64,000 nucleotides of DNA from an uncultured Spirochaetaceae bacterium (GCA_964588355.1 CAZPPB010000002.1:16218-80217); one strand, 5' to 3'. Numbered from the stretch's first letter, positions 10,410 through 19,556 are shown. Made by a program: numbers and translations. The notes: generated from the sequence alone by a model not told the origin.

Positions 10410-10799
10410 GTGAATATTCTCATTGTTGAAGACGAACTGACGAGCAGGGAACTCCTAAAGGTAATCCTCGAGCCCTATGGAACCGTACAGAGCGCAGCCG
10501 ACGGGATCGAGGCCATGAAAGCCTTTAATCTGGCACTGGCAAAACAGCCCTACGACCTCATCTGTCTGGATATCATGCTGCCCAAGATGGACGGGCAGCA
10601 GGTGCTGAAGGGCATCCGCAAGATAGAGCAGGACAAGGGGATAATCGGTCCCGATGCTGTGAAGATCATCATGATTTCGGCCCTGGGAGACTTCGAGACT
10701 GTCACCGAGGCCTTTTCCTCCCAATGTACCAGCTACATCGCCAAACCGATCGATGCCGATAATATCGTAGAGGAGTTGAGGAATCTCGAATTGATCTAG
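10410..10799 (+). CDS. single-domain response regulator (CheY-like receiver)
   Basis: ILIVEDE..DLICLDIMLPKMDG..IIMISA; GTG start immediately after the ligase stop. Confidence 0.8.
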   Translation: MNILIVEDELTSRELLKVILEPYGTVQSAADGIEAMKAFNLALAKQPYDLICLDIMLPKMDGQQVLKGIRKIEQDKGIIGPDAVKIIMISALGDFETVTEAFSSQCTSYIAKPIDADNIVEELRNLELI

Positions 10800-10987
10800 A
10801 GGGAGTATGGCCTGCTTCATCGCCCTCCCGCTGTTCACTCCGGCCTGCCCGTCGGGATCGCCCCCTCGGGGGGGGGCGGTCCTCTTCGTTTCCAGAGCTT
10901 CTTTCGTGACCCTGCTTCTGAACTGCCTCATAGAGGCGCCCCTGTTCGGGCGCAGCTGCGGGGCCGCAGAAATAGTGCGGATAGGAC

Positions 10988-11016
10988 TTGACAGAAAAAG
11001 AATTATATAGTAAATA
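10988..11016 (+). promoter_or_regulatory. candidate sigma-70 promoter for the selenoprotein gene (TTGACA-N17-TAAATA)
   Basis: TTGACA at 10988-10993, TAAATA at 11011-11016, in an AT-rich island ~30 nt upstream of the AAGGTGG RBS. Confidence 0.35.
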
Positions 11017-11045
11017 TTCTATATACAAAATAAGGTGGTGTACCT

Positions 11046-11330
11046 ATGCAGATAACCAGATCGGCTCTCTCAGAGCTGTTCGATGTGCTGAAAGAGAATC
11101 AGGGCAAGAGTCTACGCGTGGTGTTTAAAGGCTTTGGATGAGGCGGTCCCCGTTTGGGGTTGGCTCTGGATGAGCCTCAGGACGGTGACAAGACCTACAA
11201 AGTCGAGGGAATAGACATTCTGGTGGATAAACGGGCAATTCCCTATGCCAGCGAGAGCACCGTAGACTATATCGACAGTTTCTGGGGCAAAGGCTTCACG
11301 ATCCGCCCGGCCTACGGGGGAGCCTGCTAG
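11046..11330 (+). CDS. HesB/IscA-like (A-type Fe-S carrier fold) selenoprotein with in-frame UGA (Sec) at 11139-11141
   Basis: MQITRSALSELFDVLKENQGKSLRVVFKGFG-U-GGPRLGLALDEPQDGDKTYKVEGIDILVDKRAIPYASESTVDYIDSFWGKGFTIRPAYGGAC*; UGA replaces the conserved Cys of the G-G-G-C-x-G motif of IscA/HesB; strong AAGGTGG RBS 7 nt before ATG 11046; no alternative start downstream of the UGA. Confidence 0.7.
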
Positions 11331-12210
11331 GTTCCCTCCGTTCGCCTCTCCGGCGTGATCTAACCAATCCCCTCAGATACTCCAAAATAACAGTCGCTGG
11401 GCCCCAGTCTGCGCGCTCCTGTTGGCGCGCAAGCAGCCCCCGGTAGGATTCCAGTATCAACTCTCGGAACCGCACCACGGTAGCGGGGTCAGGGATCGGC
11501 GCTTCGGCGAACAGCTCCGAGACGAATCTTCTGACTTCCCGGTCATCGTACGCGGGAAACAGGCTAGACAGCAAAAACAGAGAGGGCCCGATGTCGAGCA
11601 GACTGTGCTGCTTCACCAGAAGTATCGCCTCGGTGATTCGCAGGGCCGCTCTATAGGTCTCAGCCAACAGCCGGCTCCCGGATGCATCCTCGGGGTCGAT
11701 TCTCGTCAAGATTTCGCGTGCCCGGAGGTAGTTGTAGCAGACCGTGAGCACGTGGAGGCTGGGAATGCAGTGCAGGTGAGGATCGAAGACGGCAATCAGG
11801 AGGAAGTAGGGATTTGCAGGCGCTGCGCGCCGGGTTGTGGTCGTGGACTGGCAGCGTCGGTACACACTTCCCGATGCACGATACAGCAGGACCAGATCCC
11901 GCATCATCCCTTCGATATCCTTCAGAACGGGTTTCCCGCAAATCCGGTACAGGCGACCCAGAGTCTTCAGCCACATTGTGAAGTAACTGAGGTACCTGCG
12001 AAACAGGTTTGGATCGAAGGGAAGGCGGTCATCCAGCGGATGGGTCACAACCGCCACAGGCCGCAACCCCGGGAGCAGCCGAGATTGGAATTGGGGGAGG
12101 AAAAACTCCCGCAGCGCCGCTTTGAAGATCAGGATGCCTCTGCGTCGAAGCCGGCCGTGTCGAAGGATCAGTCGTACACTTGATCCGAGACCGACCCTCT
12201 CGGTATCCAT
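11296..12210 (-). CDS. hypothetical protein (co-operonic with MinD/ParA-like ATPase)
   Basis: 304-aa ORF 19 nt downstream of the ATPase gene; Arg-rich C-terminus overlapping the selenoprotein gene may be a frame artefact. Confidence 0.45.
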   Translation of the reverse strand: MDTERVGLGSSVRLILRHGRLRRRGILIFKAALREFFLPQFQSRLLPGLRPVAVVTHPLDDRLPFDPNLFRRYLSYFTMWLKTLGRLYRICGKPVLKDIEGMMRDLVLLYRASGSVYRRCQSTTTTRRAAPANPYFLLIAVFDPHLHCIPSLHVLTVCYNYLRAREILTRIDPEDASGSRLLAETYRAALRITEAILLVKQHSLLDIGPSLFLLSSLFPAYDDREVRRFVSELFAEAPIPDPATVVRFRELILESYRGLLARQQERADWGPATVILEYLRGLVRSRRRGERREPSRLPRRPGGS

Positions 12211-12228
12211 ATCAGCCGCTGTCCTTGG

Positions 12229-13977
12229 CTATCCGGTCTGCTTGAGAGCCTGAAGGGTCCTCTCTGCGCCTTCCTGAAACGCGCCGGCTGCGCAGCGAAA
12301 GGGAAACCCGACTACGACGCTGAGCCCGCTGTACAGGGTATCGTGGATGAAATTCGTCAACAGTTTTACATAGGCGCTGCGGATGATGCTCCCATTTTGG
12401 TCACGAAAAAGCAGTGCGGAAAGCTCGAAGGTCTTCACGATATTGGCTATCTGTTTGCTCACGATCGGATGGAGGGTCTTCAGGAGTTTCAGATAGCGGC
12501 TCTTGTACTCGGGATCTCCCTCGACGAGATTACGGATCTGGCGGTGCCGGTCCCGTACAGGCGAACCTTTTGTGTTCGTCTTGGACGGCACGAGAGAGCT
12601 GATCAGCTCGGTCACCGTCTGGGATTGAAAAAGCTTGTAGAGGGAGAAGTAGAACAGGAGGAGGCCTCCCTGGTTGGCCATCCGCGGGTTCCGCCTGCTG
12701 ATCCGATTGACCGCTACCAGCAGGGCGGACAGTTCCCGGTCTACTGCCTTGTCGGGAACCACGGCGGTCCCGGCGGCGAAGGGATTCTTTCCCTCCTCCA
12801 GACGATGAAGTTTTTCCTCCAGCAGATCCATGGTTCGGATGATCCGCCGGCGCAGGGGGTCGGAGTTGAGTTTCTGCAGGAAAATACGGAAGCTCTTTTT
12901 CTCTGCGGGCGTGAAAACCTCCGCTGTACTGATTGCTGCTGCAGGACCCGAGGTTTCTTCCGGCCTGGCCTGAAGCTGAATTTCCAGCAGGATTCGGAGG
13001 TAGCGTCCGATCTCATCCAGGTACTCGTCGATATTCTCTACAGTTTTGTGATGGCTGAGGAACTGTTTGATCAACTCGAAGGAACGGTTCGAGATCGTGG
13101 AGGCAGCCAGGGTGGCGATCCGTTCTTCGTGGATAAACATGAGGGTATCGAGAAGAAAGCGGATAACATTCTCATCGGCTCCGGGACTGCCCCGCAGCAG
13201 ATTCAGGGCCGGGTCTTCCGGGATGCTTGCGAAATCCCGAAGCCGCGCTGAAACCCGTCTGTCGATCTGCAGCTCTTTGGGCACATTGCGGTTGTAGTTG
13301 CCCACGATGTCTTTGGGATTGAAGTGGCTGCGGGTGTTCGGGCTGAAGCGATTATGCCAGAGGTTGATCGTGAGATCGTGGTACACATCGAAGGCTCGCT
13401 TGATGTAGGCTCCCGCGGCGGCATGCGCGGTGGGTTCGGGGTTGGTCACCAGCAGGATCGAACCCATAAAGGGCAGGAAAACCAGGTTTTCTTCGAACTC
13501 GCTTCCGGCGGGCAGGTCGAATACGAGCAGCTGGTAGCGCTCATCCAAATCCCCGGGCAGTTCCCCGTAGATCTTTTCCAGCATTGCGTTCCGTTCCAGC
13601 TTCTTGAGCTTCGGGGAGGGGAAGATCAGATCGAGATGTTTGAACACCGGAATCGCCAAGCCCTGCAGTCCGGCATTCTGCATGTCGATCGTCTGTTCCT
13701 CCAAAGCCGCTTCGGACTCCACGATATCCAGAAGTGTGGCGATGTCGGAAAGCGGATCCAGATCGACCAAAGCGGTGCTAACCCCCCTGCGTGCGTAGTA
13801 GATGGAGAGGTTCACCGCGGTAATCGTTTTGCCCACGCCCCCCTTTCCGGAGGTTACGGCGATGGACTTGTTCCGCAGGGAGAACACATCCCGGTTGGCG
13901 CTTCTGGAAAGCAGGCGGTTTACCGTGCTCTTGAGCTCCCCCGGGATCTGAGCCCCCCGTTTGAAAATCTTGCTCAT
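12229..13977 (-). CDS. MinD/ParA-superfamily P-loop ATPase with ~300-aa uncharacterised C-terminal extension
   Basis: Deviant Walker A IAVTSGKGGVGKTITAVNL, followed by VDLDP; 582 aa total, C-terminal half has no recognisable motif. Confidence 0.75.
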   Translation of the reverse strand: MSKIFKRGAQIPGELKSTVNRLLSRSANRDVFSLRNKSIAVTSGKGGVGKTITAVNLSIYYARRGVSTALVDLDPLSDIATLLDIVESEAALEEQTIDMQNAGLQGLAIPVFKHLDLIFPSPKLKKLERNAMLEKIYGELPGDLDERYQLLVFDLPAGSEFEENLVFLPFMGSILLVTNPEPTAHAAAGAYIKRAFDVYHDLTINLWHNRFSPNTRSHFNPKDIVGNYNRNVPKELQIDRRVSARLRDFASIPEDPALNLLRGSPGADENVIRFLLDTLMFIHEERIATLAASTISNRSFELIKQFLSHHKTVENIDEYLDEIGRYLRILLEIQLQARPEETSGPAAAISTAEVFTPAEKKSFRIFLQKLNSDPLRRRIIRTMDLLEEKLHRLEEGKNPFAAGTAVVPDKAVDRELSALLVAVNRISRRNPRMANQGGLLLFYFSLYKLFQSQTVTELISSLVPSKTNTKGSPVRDRHRQIRNLVEGDPEYKSRYLKLLKTLHPIVSKQIANIVKTFELSALLFRDQNGSIIRSAYVKLLTNFIHDTLYSGLSVVVGFPFRCAAGAFQEGAERTLQALKQTG

Positions 13978-14085
13978 CCTGTTGCCGGCATTATCGTACG
14001 TATCGTTACTTTTCTCAAGTTGAAGTTCATTATCCAGCGGATCGATTCCGAAAAGTAAAAATAGTAGAGAAAGGGATGAAAATCA

Positions 14086-16038
14086 ATGCCCAACAGTTAT
14101 CGAATCTTGATCATCGATGATGAACCTCGGATGTGCGAAAGCCTGGAGCAACTGCTCGGCGGCCGAGGCTACCAGGTGGACAGCGCCAATACGGCTGAAG
14201 AGGGAATACAGCTGCTGGCCAAGACCGCCTACGATCTCCTGCTTCTCGACATCGTGCTCCCCGATATGAACGGCCTGGAAGTCCTGGAATATGTGCACGG
14301 CAGATACTCCGAACTGCTGGTGATCATGTTCTCCGGATTCGCCTCTATAGAGTCAGCGGTCAGTGCTCTCAAGAACGGCGCTTTCGACTATATACGCAAG
14401 CCTGTTGAGTACGAAGAGCTGATCAAACGGGTGGCCAATGCCCTGGAGCAGAAACGGCTGATACGGGAGAAGGAGGCCATCCACTGGGCGTTGGAGCAGT
14501 CCCAGAAGAGGTACAAATACCTGGTGGAAAGTTCGCCGGACATCATTTACACCCTCGACGAAAAGGGCCGTTTTTCCTTCGTCAACGATGCTTTCGAGCG
14601 TCTCCTGGGAGTGAAGCGGGAGCAGATCATCGGCAAGCATTACTCGCAGGTCATTTGCGACCGGGATCTCGAGAAATCCGAGCATGTATTCAATGAACGA
14701 CGGACCGGCAGCCGGGCGTCCTCCGGCGTAGAGATCCACCTCAGCAAACCCAGGAAGGGGGAGAAGGGCAACGGTTCGGGGACTAAACCCGAGGTTCCCG
14801 TGGAGGTCAAATCCCAGGGAATCTACGACCGGGAACCGGAGGAAAGGGAAAAGAATTTTCTCGGAACCTACGGTGTGGCTCGGGACATCCGGGATCGCAA
14901 ACTTTTAGAGGAGCATCTGCAGCAGGAGGAGAAGATGGAGGCGGTGGGGCGCCTGGCCGGTGGAATCGCCCATGACTTCAACAATTTTCTGGCCGCGGTG
15001 GTGGGCAATGTGGCCCTGGCCAAGATCCACACTCAGCCGGCTGACGAAATATATACGCGCCTCGAGGAGCTGGAGAGAGCCGCGCTGCGGGCCCGCGGGC
15101 TGACCCAGCAGTTGATCACCTTCGCCCAGGGTGGTGTGCCCGTCAAGCTTCCGGGGACCCTCCCCGATCTGATCAGGGATGCCTCCACCTTCGTGCTTCG
15201 CGGCTCCAACGTACGCTGTACGTATAAGCTACCCCCAGATCTCTGGTGGGCCGAGTTCGACCAGGGACAGATCATTCAGGTGATCCAGAATCTCCTCATC
15301 AATGCGGACCAGGCCATGCCCGACGGTGGCGTGGTCTCCGTGGAAGCGGAAAACGTCACGGTTACCTCCTCCTATCGGCTTCCTCTGAAGGCGGGTCGCT
15401 ATATACGGATCGTGGTAGAAGACAACGGATGTGGAATTCCGAAGGAGAACCTGAACAAGATCTTCGATCCCTTCTTCACGACCAAGAGCAACGGAACCGG
15501 TTTTGGGCTTGCTACGGCGTATTCGATCCTCAAGAATCACGACGGTTATCTGTATGCCGAATCGGAACTGGGCAGCGGCACCCGGTTTTTCCTGTTTCTG
15601 CCGGCCACGGACAAAAAAGGCGTCAAGACCGGGAATAACATGGGTGTCAAACTGTACAGCGGCAAGGGCAAGATCCTGGTGATGGATGACGATAACAGTC
15701 TGCGGGATGTCTATTCCCGTCTTCTCAAACATCTGGGATACGCGCCCACGGTGGTGGCCACCGGCGAGGAGGCGCTTTCCCGCTATTCACAGGCAAAGAA
15801 AACCGGAACGCCCTATTGCGCGGTGATCATGGATCTGACCGTGCCGGGTGCCATGGGGGGCAAGGAAGCGGTGCAGCGACTGCTGGAAATAGATCCCAAA
15901 GCGGTGGCTATCATCTCCAGTGGATATTCCAACGATCCGGTCATTGCGAATTTTCGGAAATACGGCTTCAAAGATGTGATCGGAAAACCCTTCACCGCCG
16001 AGAAGCTGAGCGAGGTGCTCTGGAAGCTTTTGAAGTAA
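14086..16038 (+). CDS. hybrid sensor histidine kinase/response regulator (REC-PAS-HisKA-HATPase-REC)
   Basis: N-terminal receiver ILIIDDE..LLLLDIVLPDMNG; H-box AHDFNNFLAAV; HATPase G-boxes DNGCGIP, GTGFGLA; C-terminal receiver ILVMDDD..VIMDLTVPG. Confidence 0.85.
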   Translation: MPNSYRILIIDDEPRMCESLEQLLGGRGYQVDSANTAEEGIQLLAKTAYDLLLLDIVLPDMNGLEVLEYVHGRYSELLVIMFSGFASIESAVSALKNGAFDYIRKPVEYEELIKRVANALEQKRLIREKEAIHWALEQSQKRYKYLVESSPDIIYTLDEKGRFSFVNDAFERLLGVKREQIIGKHYSQVICDRDLEKSEHVFNERRTGSRASSGVEIHLSKPRKGEKGNGSGTKPEVPVEVKSQGIYDREPEEREKNFLGTYGVARDIRDRKLLEEHLQQEEKMEAVGRLAGGIAHDFNNFLAAVVGNVALAKIHTQPADEIYTRLEELERAALRARGLTQQLITFAQGGVPVKLPGTLPDLIRDASTFVLRGSNVRCTYKLPPDLWWAEFDQGQIIQVIQNLLINADQAMPDGGVVSVEAENVTVTSSYRLPLKAGRYIRIVVEDNGCGIPKENLNKIFDPFFTTKSNGTGFGLATAYSILKNHDGYLYAESELGSGTRFFLFLPATDKKGVKTGNNMGVKLYSGKGKILVMDDDNSLRDVYSRLLKHLGYAPTVVATGEEALSRYSQAKKTGTPYCAVIMDLTVPGAMGGKEAVQRLLEIDPKAVAIISSGYSNDPVIANFRKYGFKDVIGKPFTAEKLSEVLWKLLK

Positions 16039-16072
16039 CGTCTTTTCATTCTGCAGCCCCCCTGCCTATACT

Positions 16073-17827
16073 GTGAACGACGTGCGCAGGTTCACATTGA
16101 AACGACTTCGATTCAACAGTCTTCAAACCAAGATTCTCTTCTACGCGTTTCTTCCCTTTATCCTGGTAATCGTTTTCATCGTGATCGTGGGCTTCCAGGT
16201 TTTCGAACGGGTTCCTCAAGCTGTGGCGCAACAGCGGGAGGGCGAGCTGGCCCGAGTCGTGGCCGGACAGGTGGATCTCAGGTTGACGGAAGCCGGGTCG
16301 ACTCTGCTGCGGCTGGCAACCGAGCTGATGAACCGTCAAAGCGATGGAAATGGCGGCGATGTCGACCTTGATCCCTTCGACGGTGGCGTTGCCGTATTCA
16401 GTCCAGGGGGTGTTCTCCTGCAAGCCGACCCGCCTGGTGACGGTTGGGAAGACTTGATCTCCGGGCGGCTGGAGACGCTGATGAGGCAACGGAGACAAAC
16501 CTGTTCGGATATCCTTCGAGATCCCCGGAATGCGGAGCCCGTCATTGTATTTGTAGTGCCGATACTCGGCGAGCAGGGGGAGGTGCAGGCGGCCGCAGCC
16601 GGGGTGGCCACCCTGAGCGGCTCCCCGTTGATCGAGAGCTTCGAAGCGCTGATGGAGTCCACCAGAAACCGCAGCGGCTACACATATCTTGTCGACGGCA
16701 GGGGAAAGTTCCTCTACCATCGAAACCGCTCGCTGTTGGCAACCGCGCTGGCCGGCACTGTGCCGATGATGGGTGCCACCTACGGATTGAGCGGCGCTGT
16801 TCTCACCAGAGATGTCTCCGGGCAGCGGGTGATCGTTGGATACTCTCCGGTTGCCGGCACGGACTGGGCGCTGATTACCATGGAACGATGGCGGGTGATC
16901 GTCGGTCCGTTGCGCCTGTATAGTCTGGTGCTCCTGGCCGTTCTCATCAGCGGCGCTGCGGCCTCAGTCGTTCTCGTTCTTTTCGCTGTCGGACGAATCC
17001 TGAAGCCGATCCGGGATCTGACCCAAGGAGCCGAGAGGATCGCGGCTGGACAGTTCGATTACCGGATCGTAGCCGTTACCGGTGATGAAATCGAGGATCT
17101 TGCTATCCGCTTCAACTCCATGGCGGATTCCCTCAAGAGTCTGTACCGGGGACTGGAGCAGAAGGTCGCCTCTCGCACCGCAGAGGTACTGCAGCAGCAG
17201 CGCAGGCTTGCGGCGCTGGAGGAACGAAGCCGGGTTGCCCGGGACCTGCACGATTCGGTGAGTCAGTCTCTGTACAGCGTGACCCTTTTTTCCGAAGCGG
17301 CCCGCAGACATCTGGCGGCCAAGAACGCCGGAGCAGCCGAACAGTCCCTTGATCACCTGATTGGCGCTTCCCGGCAGGCGTTGAAAGAGATGCGGCTCAT
17401 GGTTTACGAGCTGCGCCCATCCGAACTGGAAAACAGAGGCCTGATTGGAGCGTTGAGACAACGGCTCAGCAGCGTGGAAAAGCGGTCGGGGATCGAGGCT
17501 TCGATCGACGCCCCGGCAGACCTCGTGTTGCCGGACATTCTGGAACAGGAGTTGTACAGCCTTGCCCAGGAGGCGCTGAACAACGCTCTACGGCACGGCA
17601 ACGCCCGTAAGGTGAAGCTGCGCCTCCAGCAGCGGGGTGAGGAGATCCAGCTGGACGTGCGGGATGACGGTGTGGGTTTCGATCCGGGTATGCTGCAGAG
17701 CACCGGCGGTATGGGCATCCGCGGGATGGAGGAGCGGGCGCACGCGCACGGGGGGCGGCTGCACGTCGATTCAGCGCCGGGACAGGGCACCCTGGTGCGC
17801 ATTGGGATACCGATTCCGAAGGGGTGA
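16073..17827 (+). CDS. sensor histidine kinase (HisKA_3/NarX-DegS type) with N-terminal TM and extracytoplasmic domain, HAMP
   Basis: TM helices at aa 21-41 and ~265-295, HAMP-like region, LHDSVSQSLYSV (HisKA_3 H-box), HATPase motifs RDDGVGF, GGMGIRGMEER. Confidence 0.75.
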   Translation: MNDVRRFTLKRLRFNSLQTKILFYAFLPFILVIVFIVIVGFQVFERVPQAVAQQREGELARVVAGQVDLRLTEAGSTLLRLATELMNRQSDGNGGDVDLDPFDGGVAVFSPGGVLLQADPPGDGWEDLISGRLETLMRQRRQTCSDILRDPRNAEPVIVFVVPILGEQGEVQAAAAGVATLSGSPLIESFEALMESTRNRSGYTYLVDGRGKFLYHRNRSLLATALAGTVPMMGATYGLSGAVLTRDVSGQRVIVGYSPVAGTDWALITMERWRVIVGPLRLYSLVLLAVLISGAAASVVLVLFAVGRILKPIRDLTQGAERIAAGQFDYRIVAVTGDEIEDLAIRFNSMADSLKSLYRGLEQKVASRTAEVLQQQRRLAALEERSRVARDLHDSVSQSLYSVTLFSEAARRHLAAKNAGAAEQSLDHLIGASRQALKEMRLMVYELRPSELENRGLIGALRQRLSSVEKRSGIEASIDAPADLVLPDILEQELYSLAQEALNNALRHGNARKVKLRLQQRGEEIQLDVRDDGVGFDPGMLQSTGGMGIRGMEERAHAHGGRLHVDSAPGQGTLVRIGIPIPKG

Positions 17828-17831
17828 GTTT

Positions 17832-18485
17832 ATGGAGGAAGAGACGATTCGGATTCTTATAGCCGATGACCATGCGGTCGTACGCAAAGGTCTGCTGGCG
17901 TTGATCCAAACGGAAGCGGGCATGGAGGCGGCCGGAGAGGCTGCTGACGGCGTCGAAGCTGTGAAGTTGGCCGCAGCACTGCGCCCCGATGTGATCCTGC
18001 TCGATCTGGTCATGCCCAGGATGGATGGGATCGAAGCGATCAGGGAGATTCGCCGCAACGATCCTGAGGCACGGATCCTGGTCCTGACGAGCTTCTCGGA
18101 GGACGAAAAGGTGCTGACCGCTATCGAAGTCGGCGCCATGGGCTGCCTGCTCAAGGACGCCACACCGGATGAGCTGCTTCGGGCTATAAGAGATGTACAT
18201 CAAGGACGATCAGCGCTCCATCCGGCGGTTGCCCAGAAATTGATCCGGAGGATGAGGAGAACAGAGACGCAAAAACCGATCGAAGAACTCACCGCCAGAG
18301 AGACCGAGGTACTGCGCTGTATCGCCCGCGGTTTGTCCAACAGGGAGATCGGGGATCAGCTGTTCATCAGCGAGCCCACCGTGCGTACCCACGTCAGCAA
18401 TATCCTGATGAAGCTCGAGCTGCCCAATCGAACCCAAGCGGCGTTGTACGCCGTTCGGGAGGGACTGGTCTCCCTGGAGGAATAG
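17832..18485 (+). CDS. NarL/LuxR-family response regulator
   Basis: ILIADDHAVVRKGL..LLDLVMPRMDG receiver plus C-terminal LuxR HTH LTARETEVLRCIARGLSNREIGDQLFISEPTVRTHVSNIL; ATG 1 nt after HK stop. Confidence 0.85.
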   Translation: MEEETIRILIADDHAVVRKGLLALIQTEAGMEAAGEAADGVEAVKLAAALRPDVILLDLVMPRMDGIEAIREIRRNDPEARILVLTSFSEDEKVLTAIEVGAMGCLLKDATPDELLRAIRDVHQGRSALHPAVAQKLIRRMRRTETQKPIEELTARETEVLRCIARGLSNREIGDQLFISEPTVRTHVSNILMKLELPNRTQAALYAVREGLVSLEE

Positions 18486-18636
18486 TCTAGGCCGATCCAC
18501 GACATTCGGATGAGTACCTCCGAGCTATGCTCTACATAGAGTGGTAGAGAAAAACCATTCATTCTTCCGATGTACTGCCCTTCATCCCAGGTTATCTTAA
18601 AGGCAAATGATTCATTGCCTATGAGGAGGGTACTCG

Positions 18637-19422
18637 ATGAATATCAAATTTTTGACCGCGGGCACCGTGTTGCTGATCTCCGCGCTGTTGATGGGGTGCA
18701 TGGTCAGCGCCCAGAGCATGGGGCCGCGAGCTCCCCGTTTCTCATTGGACAAGCTGGCCGGCGGGGATGAGCGGGTAAACGGCTCGGGGCGGATCGTTAC
18801 CGAGGACTTTGATATCCGGGGTTTCAGCAGGGTGGATATCAGCCGCGCCTTCAACGTGGAGGTCATCCAAAGCAGTTCCTATAAGGTCGCAGTCCGGATA
18901 GACGAGAATCTGCAGCAGCATCTTCGCATCGAGAAGAGGGGAGATACCCTGGTGATCGGCCTGAAGCCCTACAGAAGCTACAATCTGCGCGGCGTCACAA
19001 TGGAGGCGCAGGTCCATATGCCGGATCTGCGGGGGATCGATGCCAGCGGTGCCAGCGACGTGCGTATAAGCGGATTCTCCTCTGCCAAGGATTTCGAAGT
19101 GGACCTGTCCGGCGCCAGCTATCTCGACGGCGAGATTATGGCCCGGGATATGCGCATCGAGGTCTGCGGAGCCAGCCGGGTTCGTCTGCAGGGCGCAGCG
19201 GTGGACCTATACCTAAACGCCTCAGGGGCCAGCAACCTGGATCTGGAGGATTTTCCGGTGCAGGACGCCGATATCGAACTGAGCGGAGCCAGCGAAGCCA
19301 AGGTAGTATTGAACGGGACTCTGGATATCGATGCCAGCGGAGCTTCCAGGCTGTACTTCGGCGGCAGCCCCACCATGGGGCGAGTCGACCTGTCTGGGGC
19401 ATCGTCTATCAAGCGCCGTTAA
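18637..19422 (+). CDS. DUF2807-like (head GIN domain) putative lipoprotein adhesin
   Basis: Signal peptide with lipobox LLMGC; repetitive SGAS..D/V beta-strand repeats typical of the DUF2807 beta-helix family. Confidence 0.55.
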   Translation: MNIKFLTAGTVLLISALLMGCMVSAQSMGPRAPRFSLDKLAGGDERVNGSGRIVTEDFDIRGFSRVDISRAFNVEVIQSSSYKVAVRIDENLQQHLRIEKRGDTLVIGLKPYRSYNLRGVTMEAQVHMPDLRGIDASGASDVRISGFSSAKDFEVDLSGASYLDGEIMARDMRIEVCGASRVRLQGAAVDLYLNASGASNLDLEDFPVQDADIELSGASEAKVVLNGTLDIDASGASRLYFGGSPTMGRVDLSGASSIKRR

Positions 19423-19556
19423 CCCGGCGGCGGTCGGCGATCTGGCGGTAGCGTAAACGGCGTTTTCCCCATCTTCCGACGCCGGATGACCGTACGCCGG
19501 ATGCAAAATGCTTGAATCAGTTGGAGGGAAACGCCTTTTTGCTTATAATTATTTCT

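Noticed and set aside
10807-11010. 67-aa ORF between the response regulator and the selenoprotein gene
   Set aside because: No RBS. Lies across a G9 tract and a hairpin; more likely a terminator/promoter region.
17637-17831. N-terminal 65-codon extension of the NarL-type regulator ORF; similar extensions at 20297-20524, 44792-44899 and 1198-1383
   Set aside because: Extensions overlap the 3' ends of upstream genes and lack RBSs. Internal ATG/GTG starts with good RBSs give canonical N-termini.
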